From Desulfurivibrionaceae bacterium (GTDB lineage Bacteria > Desulfobacterota > Desulfobulbia > Desulfobulbales > JAGXFP01), in the NCBI GenBank assembly GCA_046260555.1, contig JBHEOZ010000001.1, forward strand, positions 1-32,710: a stretch of DNA of 32,710 nt, in the 5' to 3' direction. This document shows positions 16,559-23,856 of the stretch, piece by piece. A model generated the notes under the pieces. It searched no databases and had not been told where the DNA came from. It saw only the letters and a list, made by a program, of their open reading frames with translations. Within the stretch, counting starts at the first letter, position 1, and each line of letters begins with the position of its first letter. Made by a program: the position numbers and the translations under genes.

Positions 16559-16650
16559 TTCGAATACATCCTCATCAGATAGATTTAATCATAATCCATG
16601 ATGCGGTTTCGTGTGTCAACTGATTTTATTTCAATTTGGCCGAGCCATAC

Positions 16651-16726
16651 CTATTAGGAAAGTAGATGATAGTAATTTGCTGGATGTTTGGATCGAGAAG
16701 GAATCACGGGAGTAAGGTCAAAAGCG
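16651..16726 (+). repeat. 75-bp direct repeat, copy DR2
   Basis: CTATTAGGAAAGTAGATGATAGTAATTTGCTGGATGTTTGGATCGAGAAGGAATCACGGGAGTAAGGTCAAAAGCG. This copy lacks the tRNA-like extension. Confidence 0.85.
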
Positions 16727-16999
16727 GACTTCCTTTCTCTTTGCGGGATACGAGCAACCGGATGAAGAATCGGCAATAGAAGCGGCGACGCCAGCGAACT
16801 TCGGGAACGGTCCGTGCTTTTCAATGGCGATTTTATGCCTGAAAATAATCGTGTAAGAGTTGAAAAAAACATGCATTATCGGCGTATTTATCCAGGCAAT
16901 TCAATTGGATAAGTCGGTCCGACCTCGTTGTTGCCGGTGCTAAGGGGGGATGAGGCCGAGAGGCCCCATTTACCCTGGGTATACAAAAGGAAAAAGCCG

Positions 17000-17506
17000 T
17001 TGCTGAACGACCTGCTTGCACCAGACCTGAAGATCGTGTTTTGCGGTACAGCCGCCGGTGAAGCGTCGGCTGTTCGAAGGCAGTATTATGCCGGACCGGG
17101 AAACAAGTTTTGGCGCACTCTATATCGGATCGGCCTGACGCCCAGGCCGCTATTGCCGGCCGAATACAAAAAGCTACTGGACTACGGCATTGGACTAACT
17201 GATGTCGTCAAGGGCCAGGCCGGTGGTGACGCCGTTATCGACTTTGGGCGCACAGATCGAGAGGAACTTCGGCAAAAGGTTCTGGTTTTTTCGCCAGCGG
17301 TACTCGCATTCAACGGGAAAAAGGCGGGGCAAATTTTTCTGGGGCGGACCAAAGTCGAGTATGGGGTTCAGGCCGAACAGGTCGGCGGCAGTCGCATATT
17401 CATAGCGCCGTCGACAAGTGGAGCGGCGAACGGCCATTGGAATGTAGACTACTGGCATGAATTGGCCGGTCTGGTGCAACGGGCTGGCACTGAACATCCG
17501 GTCTGA
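17000..17506 (+). CDS. MUG/TDG-like (UDG family 2-like) DNA glycosylase homolog
   Basis: LLNDLLAPDLKIVFCGTAAGEAS...GPGNKFWRTLYRIGLT...LLDYGIGLTDVV...VLAFNGKKA...IFIAPSTSGAAN is colinear with E. coli Mug. The tracked ORF starts at TTG 16928. I prefer TTG 17000 (AAAGG 9 nt upstream) by alignment to the Mug N-terminus. The start is uncertain. Confidence 0.75.
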   Translation: MLNDLLAPDLKIVFCGTAAGEASAVRRQYYAGPGNKFWRTLYRIGLTPRPLLPAEYKKLLDYGIGLTDVVKGQAGGDAVIDFGRTDREELRQKVLVFSPAVLAFNGKKAGQIFLGRTKVEYGVQAEQVGGSRIFIAPSTSGAANGHWNVDYWHELAGLVQRAGTEHPV

Positions 17507-17696
17507 GTTGAATGAGGTCGGCTCGAGTTAACGTCCTGGTATAACATGATAAAAGAGAGAAATGCGGCCTGAAATTTCCTTAGATGGCCAATTTCGGTAA
17601 ACCTCGGCTTGACACCCGCCTTGCGCGCTTGCCCGCCGGCGAATTTCCATCATAATCACAAATCAGCGGTGCATGTAACGATCCGGGGAGGTATCC

Positions 17697-18512
17697 CTAG
17701 AAGCTGAAGAATAAGGCCAGGCCGGCGCCAAAATCGGCGGATGTGTCGGTGAGACCTGTGCCAAGATAACCATTGATGGCAGTGGTCTTGTCTATCCTGT
17801 AGGTACCCTTGAGCCTCGCCTCCGCCAGTGAGGAGACATCGTCGACCGGGGAAGATGCCCACCACAGTGAAAAGCTGGGGAAAAACTTCCTGGTAAGCGG
17901 GTAGCCGATTTCTCCTTCCAGGGTTCCAAAGTCCTCCAGTCCAAGCGCGTCGTTGGAACCCTGGAAAATATATCGACCCTCCACGAACGTGTACCACTGC
18001 CCGATCCATTTGAATATCCCGATCCCGCCTCCTATATCGAATTCCCCGGTACCCAGGGCCTTGTCCTCGTCGCCGGTCGGCAATTTCAGATAAAGCAAGG
18101 GGCGCAGGCCGGGAAGCGTCTTGCTTTCCTTTTGAAGAAGATACCTGGCGGTAAGAGTAACATCACCGATACCGCTGACCGAATCGTTGGGATCGGAGGG
18201 GGCGGTTCGCCGCATCCCGCCGCTTCTTTCAAATGGAACACGCGTCCCACTGGAAATATAAGTATTGCTGTTGTCCTGATAGATATAGGGGGCAATTAAT
18301 TCGAAACTTACCCGGTCAGTCGGGAAGTAATCGACCGTCAGAGGGATCCGCAAAGAATCGGTGGTAATGTCGGTACCGTAATCCCCCGTGGCGTATTCCA
18401 TCCCCATGCCGACCGCGAACTTTTTAGCGTTATCGGCCGCGAATGCGGGGCCGGCGACGACGAAAACGGCGGCAACGGCCCGGGCGACTATGCCATGAAA
18501 AAAACTATTCAT
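17697..18512 (-). CDS. outer-membrane beta-barrel protein (transporter / MetA-pathway-like OMP family)
   Basis: 271 aa. Signal peptide ...VVAGPAFA|ADN, alternating beta-strand pattern, SGIGDVTLTARYLL motif, and a C-terminal aromatic residue (LALFFSF). AGGAG lies upstream of the ATG. Confidence 0.8.
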   Translation of the reverse strand: MNSFFHGIVARAVAAVFVVAGPAFAADNAKKFAVGMGMEYATGDYGTDITTDSLRIPLTVDYFPTDRVSFELIAPYIYQDNSNTYISSGTRVPFERSGGMRRTAPSDPNDSVSGIGDVTLTARYLLQKESKTLPGLRPLLYLKLPTGDEDKALGTGEFDIGGGIGIFKWIGQWYTFVEGRYIFQGSNDALGLEDFGTLEGEIGYPLTRKFFPSFSLWWASSPVDDVSSLAEARLKGTYRIDKTTAINGYLGTGLTDTSADFGAGLALFFSF

Positions 18513-18536
18513 TATTTTGTTCTCCTATAATCAACA

Positions 18537-18576
18537 GTAAAAGGAGAGCAGCCCCCGTGGCGGGGAACTGCTCTCC
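18537..18576 (-). terminator. intrinsic terminator/attenuator between the Q/N/G-rich gene and the OMP gene
   Basis: The minus strand reads GGAGAGCAG-TTCCCCGCCACGGGGG-CTGCTCTCC followed by TTTTTT. This sits only ~24 nt before the OMP start codon. Confidence 0.7.
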
Positions 18577-18618
18577 CATCTGGGAAACTGCTTTCCCTAT
18601 ACTATCATGGCGCAAAGA

Positions 18619-19113
18619 TTAATTTCCAGAAGATGTTGCGGGAGTAGCCGGGGTTGCGGGAGTGGCCGGCTGGCCGGGCTCGCCGGGTTCCGCCGGAGTC
18701 GCCGGAGTCGCCGGTACGGCGGCACGACCCTCACCCTGATTATTATTCACCCCGTTACGCTCCCCATAACGATTGCCGACGGTATTATTCTGGGAGCTAT
18801 TGTTATTGCCTTGTTGATTGCCGGCCCCGGCGGTGTCGGAAGTGCCCGGAACTCCGTTGCCTTGTTGAATGTTTTCCCTGTTGCGAATCTGGCTCTGCTC
18901 GCCATATCCTCCATTCTGGGCTTTCATCTCCTGGGCGGAGGAATTAAGCGCACCCCTGCCGGCAAAACCGGACCCGCTCGGACCGGCTGCCGCCCCTCTG
19001 CTCCCGGTAAAGCCGCTGCCCATGCCGCCGCCGCGTGAGAAAGATGTGGTCGCAATTCCCAGGCCCAGGATCGCTACAATACTTGTCATAACTACAATTT
19101 TTTTGCTTTTCAT
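18619..19113 (-). CDS. secreted low-complexity Gly/Asn/Gln-rich protein with C-terminal (PAT)n tail
   Basis: Start preferred at MKSKKIVVMTSIVAILGLGIATTSFS (GGAG 9 nt upstream). The mature part has essentially no hydrophobic residues: RGGGMGSGFTGSRG...NQQGNNNSSQNNTVGNRYGERNGVNNNQGEG...PATPATPAEPGEPGQPATPATPATPAT. Confidence 0.7.
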   Translation of the reverse strand: MKSKKIVVMTSIVAILGLGIATTSFSRGGGMGSGFTGSRGAAAGPSGSGFAGRGALNSSAQEMKAQNGGYGEQSQIRNRENIQQGNGVPGTSDTAGAGNQQGNNNSSQNNTVGNRYGERNGVNNNQGEGRAAVPATPATPAEPGEPGQPATPATPATPATSSGN

Positions 19114-19178
19114 GTTCGTAATCTCCATTTTGATTTTCAGTTTTGATTAAAAAATTTAATCCGTTTGTCTTACTTACT

Positions 19179-19206
19179 TTGACGAGGGTGGGGGCAAAAG
19201 GTTTAC
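19179..19206 (-). promoter_or_regulatory. ECF-type promoter GTAAAC-N16-CGTCAA driving the Q/N/G-rich protein / OMP genes
   Basis: The minus strand reads TGTAAACCTTTTGCCCCCACCCTCGTCAAA. It has the same architecture and flanks as the promoter at 19536-19563. Confidence 0.5.
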
Positions 19207-19214
19207 AAAAAAAT

Positions 19215-19324
19215 CGTAACTATCCAGCAGCACCCCATCTTGCGGCGATCGGGCCAGCTCACGTACCCGATGTACGCTTCGCCGTCCCGCTTACCGCAAT
19301 CTGTGGCACTGCTGGATAGTTACG
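19215..19324. repeat. Family C palindromic repeat, copy C1 (110 bp)
   Basis: CGTAACTATCCAGCAG...centre GTACCCGATGTAC...CTGCTGGATAGTTACG. The terminal 16 bp are perfectly inverted. Its reverse complement aligns with 32611-32710. Confidence 0.8.
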
Positions 19325-19535
19325 CCTCGGGTGGTTTAAGTCATTTTCGGCATGGAGCCGGCTAGTTACAAAAATCGAAGCTACCTTTACCGGAGAGCAT
19401 GTAAATCTCAACTTTCCGGGTTGTGATATTAACTTGAAATGTTGATATAAATTTTATTACGCCACGATTTGATTGCCCGTTGAGTGAGGAGTAAGGAGTG
19501 AACAGTGAGGAGAAAGGGCTTTTATACCCACAGAA

Positions 19536-19563
19536 GTAAACTTTTAGGAACGTGCTTCGTCTA
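19536..19563 (+). promoter_or_regulatory. ECF-type (autoregulatory) promoter GTAAAC-N16-CGTCTA upstream of the ECF sigma gene
   Basis: AGTAAACTTTTAGGAACGTGCTTCGTCTAA. The AAC...CGT spacing of 16 nt fits the ECF sigma promoter class (for example TGAAAC-N16-CGTA). Confidence 0.55.
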
Positions 19564-19626
19564 AATAGATATAGAGAAAGTACCTGTGGTTTGACTCGGG
19601 GAGGATGACGCGACTACCATAATTTG

Positions 19627-20208
19627 ATGGAATCAGGATCGGAGAAAATACTTCTGGACCGGATCAGAAACGGTGATGATGCCGCTTTCGAGTTCCTGGT
19701 AGCCGAGCATTCCCCCCGGGTTCTCTCCCTGGCCTGGAAGCTCGCCGGAAACCGGGAAGAGGCCGAGGATATCGGTCAGGAGGCTTTTTTGCGGCTGCAT
19801 CGGAATATCGCCGGTTTCCGGGGTGACAGTGCCATCGCCACCTGGCTGCACCGGACGGTGACACGGCTGGCCATCGATTATCTGCGTCGCCAAAAAATCA
19901 GGCAACGGATTTTTTTCTTCCGGCGGAAAAGCGAGGATGCTGATCCCCTGGATTTTGCGCCGGCATCAAATTCCTTCCCGGATGAGGATTTTTTTGCCGG
20001 GGAAATCGGCCGGCGCCTTGAAACAGCCATGAACAGGCTGTCGGCAAGGCAGCGCGCCGTTTTTACATTACGGCATTTCGATGGGATGCCGCTGAGAGAA
20101 ATCGCCGTCCTGCTCGAACTTGAGGAGGGGACGGTCAAGTCCCATCTGCATAGAGCCGTTGGCGTTCTGCGCCGGGAGTTGAAGGATTTTCAAGAGGAGA
20201 CATCATGA
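19627..20208 (+). CDS. ECF (RpoE-like) RNA polymerase sigma factor
   Basis: Region 2 (FEFLVAEHSPRVLSLAWKLAGNREEAEDIGQEAFLRLHRNIAGF...ATWLHRTVTRLAIDYLRR) and region 4 (LSARQRAVFTLRHFDGMPLREIAVLLELEEGTVKSHLHRA). The start is ATG 19627 or TTG 19624. Confidence 0.92.
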   Translation: MESGSEKILLDRIRNGDDAAFEFLVAEHSPRVLSLAWKLAGNREEAEDIGQEAFLRLHRNIAGFRGDSAIATWLHRTVTRLAIDYLRRQKIRQRIFFFRRKSEDADPLDFAPASNSFPDEDFFAGEIGRRLETAMNRLSARQRAVFTLRHFDGMPLREIAVLLELEEGTVKSHLHRAVGVLRRELKDFQEETS

Positions 20209-20687
20209 ATAAACCTTTCGAACAGCAGAGATGCCGTCCGGAGAATTTGCCCCTGTTCTTCTACGGAGAACTGGAGGCAACCGAGCATCTCCGGATGGAA
20301 CGTCATCTTGAGGGTTGTGCCGTCTGCCGCAAGGAACTGGCGCATTTGGAGAGGATTCTTGAAATCCTGCCCAAAAAGGAGCTGCAAGTCTCCCCGCGGG
20401 AGCTCGCGGCCTTCAACGAGCGGGTTAACCGGCGGATTCGACCGAGGTCGCATCGGATTTTCAGGCCGGTCATGGGGTGGTCCCTGGCCGCCGCGGCAAC
20501 GGCCGCCCTGCTGCTTATTTCGATCCTGCCGCCAACACCGGAGCAAAATCAATCCTACCCGGCAATGCCGTTGCAAATGGTAAGCGAATTCAGCCGGCAG
20601 CCGGAGACGGAAATGCTGCTGAACCTCGAACTTTTGGAGAATCTGGACCTGCTCCAGGAACTTGAAGCAACAGAGGCAATTGGATGA
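20205..20687 (+). CDS. anti-sigma factor (zf-HC2, single-pass membrane)
   Basis: H-x3-C-x2-C motif in RHLEGCAVCRKEL. One TM segment (WSLAAAATAALLLISIL). The ATGA overlap with the sigma gene indicates translational coupling. Confidence 0.8.
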   Translation: MNKPFEQQRCRPENLPLFFYGELEATEHLRMERHLEGCAVCRKELAHLERILEILPKKELQVSPRELAAFNERVNRRIRPRSHRIFRPVMGWSLAAAATAALLLISILPPTPEQNQSYPAMPLQMVSEFSRQPETEMLLNLELLENLDLLQELEATEAIG

Positions 20688-20923
20688 AATGGGGATTTTT
20701 ACTGATATTACTCGGGATCTCTCCGGTTTTATGGCCGATCGCCGGGGCGCAGGCCGGGGAAGACCGGACTGATAATGCTGAAAAAACCATCGAGAACGTC
20801 AAGATCGGCGGAGAGGACCAAAAGGTGATTCAGATGATGGAGTTACTGACAATGATGGATTTTCTCACCGATATGGAGCTCTTGGAAGGGCAAGAGAAGG
20901 TTGTTACGGAGGAGCAAAAATAA
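20684..20923 (+). CDS. small secreted acidic protein, unknown function
   Basis: 79 aa. Signal peptide MKWGFLLILLGISPVLWPIAGAQA|GE. ATGA overlap with the anti-sigma gene and TAATG overlap with the next gene. Confidence 0.6.
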   Translation: MKWGFLLILLGISPVLWPIAGAQAGEDRTDNAEKTIENVKIGGEDQKVIQMMELLTMMDFLTDMELLEGQEKVVTEEQK

Positions 20924-21465
20924 TGAACCCGATACGCACGATTTGTATTTTATTGCTGCTGTTTCTGCCGGTTGGCGTCTTCGCCGCCGAGCCCGAGGCG
21001 CGGACAGGGACTCCGGTCCGGTCGGCCGGCGAGTCCCTTGACCGGGAGGCGCTGCGGCGCTGGCAACAGTTGCCCCCCGAAGAGAAAGAGCATCTTCGCG
21101 AGCGTTACCGGGAATATCAGCAGCTTTCCCCGGAAGAGCAACAGCGGCTGCGGCAAAATCTGACGAGATTCAAGAATATGGACCGGCAGCAGCAGGAGCA
21201 GTTGCGGGATCGGTATCAGCGCTGGCAGCAGCTATCTCCCCAAAGGCGGGAAGACCTGCGCCGGACGTTCAGGCAATACCAGGAGCTCGATCCTGAACAG
21301 CAGCGCCGGTTGAGACAGGAGTTGCAAAAACTTCGGGAACTCTCGCCGGAGATGCGGGATCAGCGCCGCCGGGAACTGCGCCGCGACTTTTTTGGAACAA
21401 GCCGGGGCACGGGAGCGGGTGGACGAACCGGCGGCATGGGTGGCGGTCGAGGAATGTCGCGTTAG
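20923..21465 (+). CDS. secreted repeat protein, DUF3106-like (W/Y-QQLSPEE-QxRLR repeats)
   Basis: Signal peptide followed by about five repeats: RRWQQLPPEEKEHLRERY, REYQQLSPEEQQRLRQNL, QRWQQLSPQRREDLRRTF, RQYQELDPEQQRRLRQEL, LRELSPEMRDQRRREL. The tail is Gly-rich. Confidence 0.75.
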   Translation: MNPIRTICILLLLFLPVGVFAAEPEARTGTPVRSAGESLDREALRRWQQLPPEEKEHLRERYREYQQLSPEEQQRLRQNLTRFKNMDRQQQEQLRDRYQRWQQLSPQRREDLRRTFRQYQELDPEQQRRLRQELQKLRELSPEMRDQRRRELRRDFFGTSRGTGAGGRTGGMGGGRGMSR

Positions 21466-21648
21466 AAGCTGTTCCGGGCAGGTTCGATCTTTTCAGGCTG
21501 ATGAAATAATTTCCAGGGCGCCGATCAGGACACTCGCCTGGAAATCGGGTCTCGCTTGACATCTTGATGTTTTCGCTATCTCTGGTATTTTTTGGATATG
21601 GTTTGAAAACCACGCCGACATTGTTCCGAACAGGATTGTTTATTCTGC

Positions 21649-22131
21649 ATGTTGCGGATAAAACATCCTGATATTGGCCGTGCATATCACTACAAGCATC
21701 CTGGTAAAAGCAAAATGGAATTTCACTATTTTTTTAGAAAACCAGTCTTTCCAGTGGTCGGCAACATCGAGGGCTATTTCATCGGCGCCAAAACCGTGCG
21801 AGGATTGGGCCGTCAGCTTGCCGAAATTCAACTCAAGGAAAAGGGATATTACAACTTGGTTGATTTTACCGGGGAAGGCTGGACCCTCCATATCCCCGAG
21901 ATGGTCATCTCTCCGCTCACCGCCAAAAAACGGTGGACAAAGCTGGAAATAATAAAGTTGTTTAACGAAAGGGCAAACAATGAATTGTGGGGAGGGGAGC
22001 AATATTCCGAGAAATCTCTTCCTGCAAAGCGGTTGGGGAGGATAATTTCCGATTTAGCGGCTATACCGGCTGAATTCGCGAAAAACCAAAAAACAAACTG
22101 CGGCAGACCGGAGGCAAAGAGGAAAAGATAA
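21649..22131 (+). CDS. hypothetical protein (orphan, AT-rich islet)
   Basis: 160-aa ORF with an alternative start at ATG 21715 (MEFHYFF...). I recognise no motif. The C-terminus is basic (GRPEAKRKR). The region is visibly lower in GC than its flanks. Confidence 0.5.
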   Translation: MLRIKHPDIGRAYHYKHPGKSKMEFHYFFRKPVFPVVGNIEGYFIGAKTVRGLGRQLAEIQLKEKGYYNLVDFTGEGWTLHIPEMVISPLTAKKRWTKLEIIKLFNERANNELWGGEQYSEKSLPAKRLGRIISDLAAIPAEFAKNQKTNCGRPEAKRKR

Positions 22132-22164
22132 TGGAGTTCGCAGCGAAAAGAAAAAGGAGATACT

Positions 22165-22377
22165 ATGGATCCGGAAAAAATAATGGATGGTTTGGCCAAG
22201 GAATTAAATTCGGCAATGAAGGCGATGGCCAAAACAAAAGACCTGAATGAAAAAGAGGCATATAGCCGAATAATCAAAAATCTTTGTGAGTCGCAGGGAG
22301 TGTTTCTAAGGCTTGTAACCGAAATGATGCCTTATGAGTGCGATGATGATTTAGAAAAGGACATTCTTCCTTTTTGA
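22165..22377 (+). CDS. hypothetical small acidic protein (orphan)
   Basis: 70 aa. A strong RBS (AAGGAG) lies 7 nt upstream of the ATG, and the gene starts 33 nt after the preceding ORF. No recognisable motif. Confidence 0.55.
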   Translation: MDPEKIMDGLAKELNSAMKAMAKTKDLNEKEAYSRIIKNLCESQGVFLRLVTEMMPYECDDDLEKDILPF

Positions 22378-22574
22378 CCAACTAAACTCCAAAAAGTCAA
22401 AAACCTTTCCTCCCTTCGACAGGCTCAGGATGAGCGGGTAACTTGCAGGCAAGGATGAGCGAGGTAATCCACCGGCTTGGGGTGAGAGGAGCAAGTTATT
22501 GTTTTAATGTTCGTGTCGGGCTTGTCGAAGTACGCTCCATTAATAGTTCCTGAATCCGGGACGCCATCCCTCCC

Positions 22575-22907
22575 TCAGTCCGATTTATCCCGGTCCTGAT
22601 CCTGGTCCGGATTGTGCAACAGCCGGTTGAGGCCGGCGAAGGGATTGTGGGTGGCGGCCGGCTCCTTGGCGGCGGGTGCGGCCGCTCCGTTCTGCCATTG
22701 GGCTTCCAGTTCCCGAGAGTGCTCGTTGTCGTGGCAGTAGGTGCACAACATCTCCCTGTTACTGCCGTCGGGCGGGTTGTTCCTGTAGTTGTGGTCCTTA
22801 TGGTGAACGGTAAGCTCAGCCAGCTTCTTGCCGGCAAACTCCCGGCCGCATTTGGCGCAGACCCAGGGGAGGATCTTCAGGGCCCGGGTGCGGTAGTCGA
22901 CGCTCAT
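22575..22907 (-). CDS. yajD: HNH endonuclease family protein YajD
   Basis: RALKILPWVCAKCGREF...LTVHHKDHNYRNNPPDGSNREMLCTYCHDNEHS...NPFAGL is colinear with E. coli YajD as recalled. Confidence 0.9.
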   Translation of the reverse strand: MSVDYRTRALKILPWVCAKCGREFAGKKLAELTVHHKDHNYRNNPPDGSNREMLCTYCHDNEHSRELEAQWQNGAAAPAAKEPAATHNPFAGLNRLLHNPDQDQDRDKSD

Positions 22908-22917
22908 GGATTTTCCT

Positions 22918-23844
22918 TTAATCGAGGATCAGGGCGGTGCTGAGATAGCGCTCGCCGGTATCGGGTATAACCACCACCAGATTTTTGCCCCGGTTCTCTT
23001 CCCGGGCCGCTACCTGGAGGGCAGCCCAGGCGGCGGCGCCGGAGGAGATCCCGCACATGATCCCCTCGTCCCTGGCGAGCTGCCTGGCGGTTTCAATGGC
23101 ATCGTCATTGGTGACCTGGATAATCTCGTCGATGATTTTTGTATTCAGCACCTTGGGGACGAATCCGGCTCCGATCCCCTGGATCTTGTGAGGACCGGGC
23201 GAGCCTCCCGACAGGACCGGCGAGTCGGTCGGTTCGACCGCGATGGCCTGAAAGGATGGCCGGCGGGATTTGATCACCTCGGCAACCCCGGTGATGGTGC
23301 CGCCGGTTCCGACTCCGGCCACCAGGATATCGACTTCACCGCCGGTGTCCTGCCAGATCTCTTCGGCGGTGGTGCGCCGGTGGATTTCGGGATTGGCCGG
23401 ATTGTCGAACTGATTCGGCATGAAGGAGTTCGGCGTGTTCCCGTGGATTTCCGCAGCCCTGGCAATGGCGCCCTTCATCCCTTCGGCGCCCGGAGTCAGA
23501 ACCAGTTCGGCGCCAAGATGTTTCAAGAGCTTGCGGCGCTCGATGCTCATGGTGTCGGGCATGGTCAGGAGCAGCCGGTATTTCTTGGCGGCGCAGATAA
23601 AGGCCAGGGCGATGCCGGTGTTGCCGCTGGTCGGCTCGATAATCACGGTGTCGTTGACGATGCTTCCCTCGGCCTCACCTGCCTCGATCATCGCCTTGCC
23701 GATCCGATCCTTGACGGACCACATGGGATTGCCTGATTCGATCTTGGCAAAGACCTTCCCGCCACAATCGGCGGCGACAGTATTCAGTCTGACCAGCGGG
23801 GTTTCGCCGACGGTCTGGGCGATGTTGTCGAAGATCTTGGTCAT
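22918..23844 (-). CDS. cysK: cysteine synthase A (O-acetylserine sulfhydrylase)
   Basis: 308 aa. [23 protein letters not shown] (PLP lysine), [12 protein letters not shown] and VGTGGTITG motifs. Confidence 0.96.
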   Translation of the reverse strand: MTKIFDNIAQTVGETPLVRLNTVAADCGGKVFAKIESGNPMWSVKDRIGKAMIEAGEAEGSIVNDTVIIEPTSGNTGIALAFICAAKKYRLLLTMPDTMSIERRKLLKHLGAELVLTPGAEGMKGAIARAAEIHGNTPNSFMPNQFDNPANPEIHRRTTAEEIWQDTGGEVDILVAGVGTGGTITGVAEVIKSRRPSFQAIAVEPTDSPVLSGGSPGPHKIQGIGAGFVPKVLNTKIIDEIIQVTNDDAIETARQLARDEGIMCGISSGAAAWAALQVAAREENRGKNLVVVIPDTGERYLSTALILD

Positions 23845-23856
23845 TTTCCCAGCTCC

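Noticed and set aside
16654-16872. 72-aa minus-strand ORF, plus the overlapping ORF 16833-17021.
   Set aside because: Its C-terminal similarity to the RHH protein (AFDLTPVIPSRS) comes only from direct repeat DR2 at the DNA level. The rest is low-complexity with no RBS, so it is probably non-coding.
16888-16912. Inverted DnaA-box-like pair TTATCCA-N11-TGGATAA upstream of the MUG-like gene.
   Set aside because: It is a perfect 7-bp inverted repeat, but it is isolated and far from dnaA/oriC. It could be any operator or chance, and there is not enough evidence to call a function.
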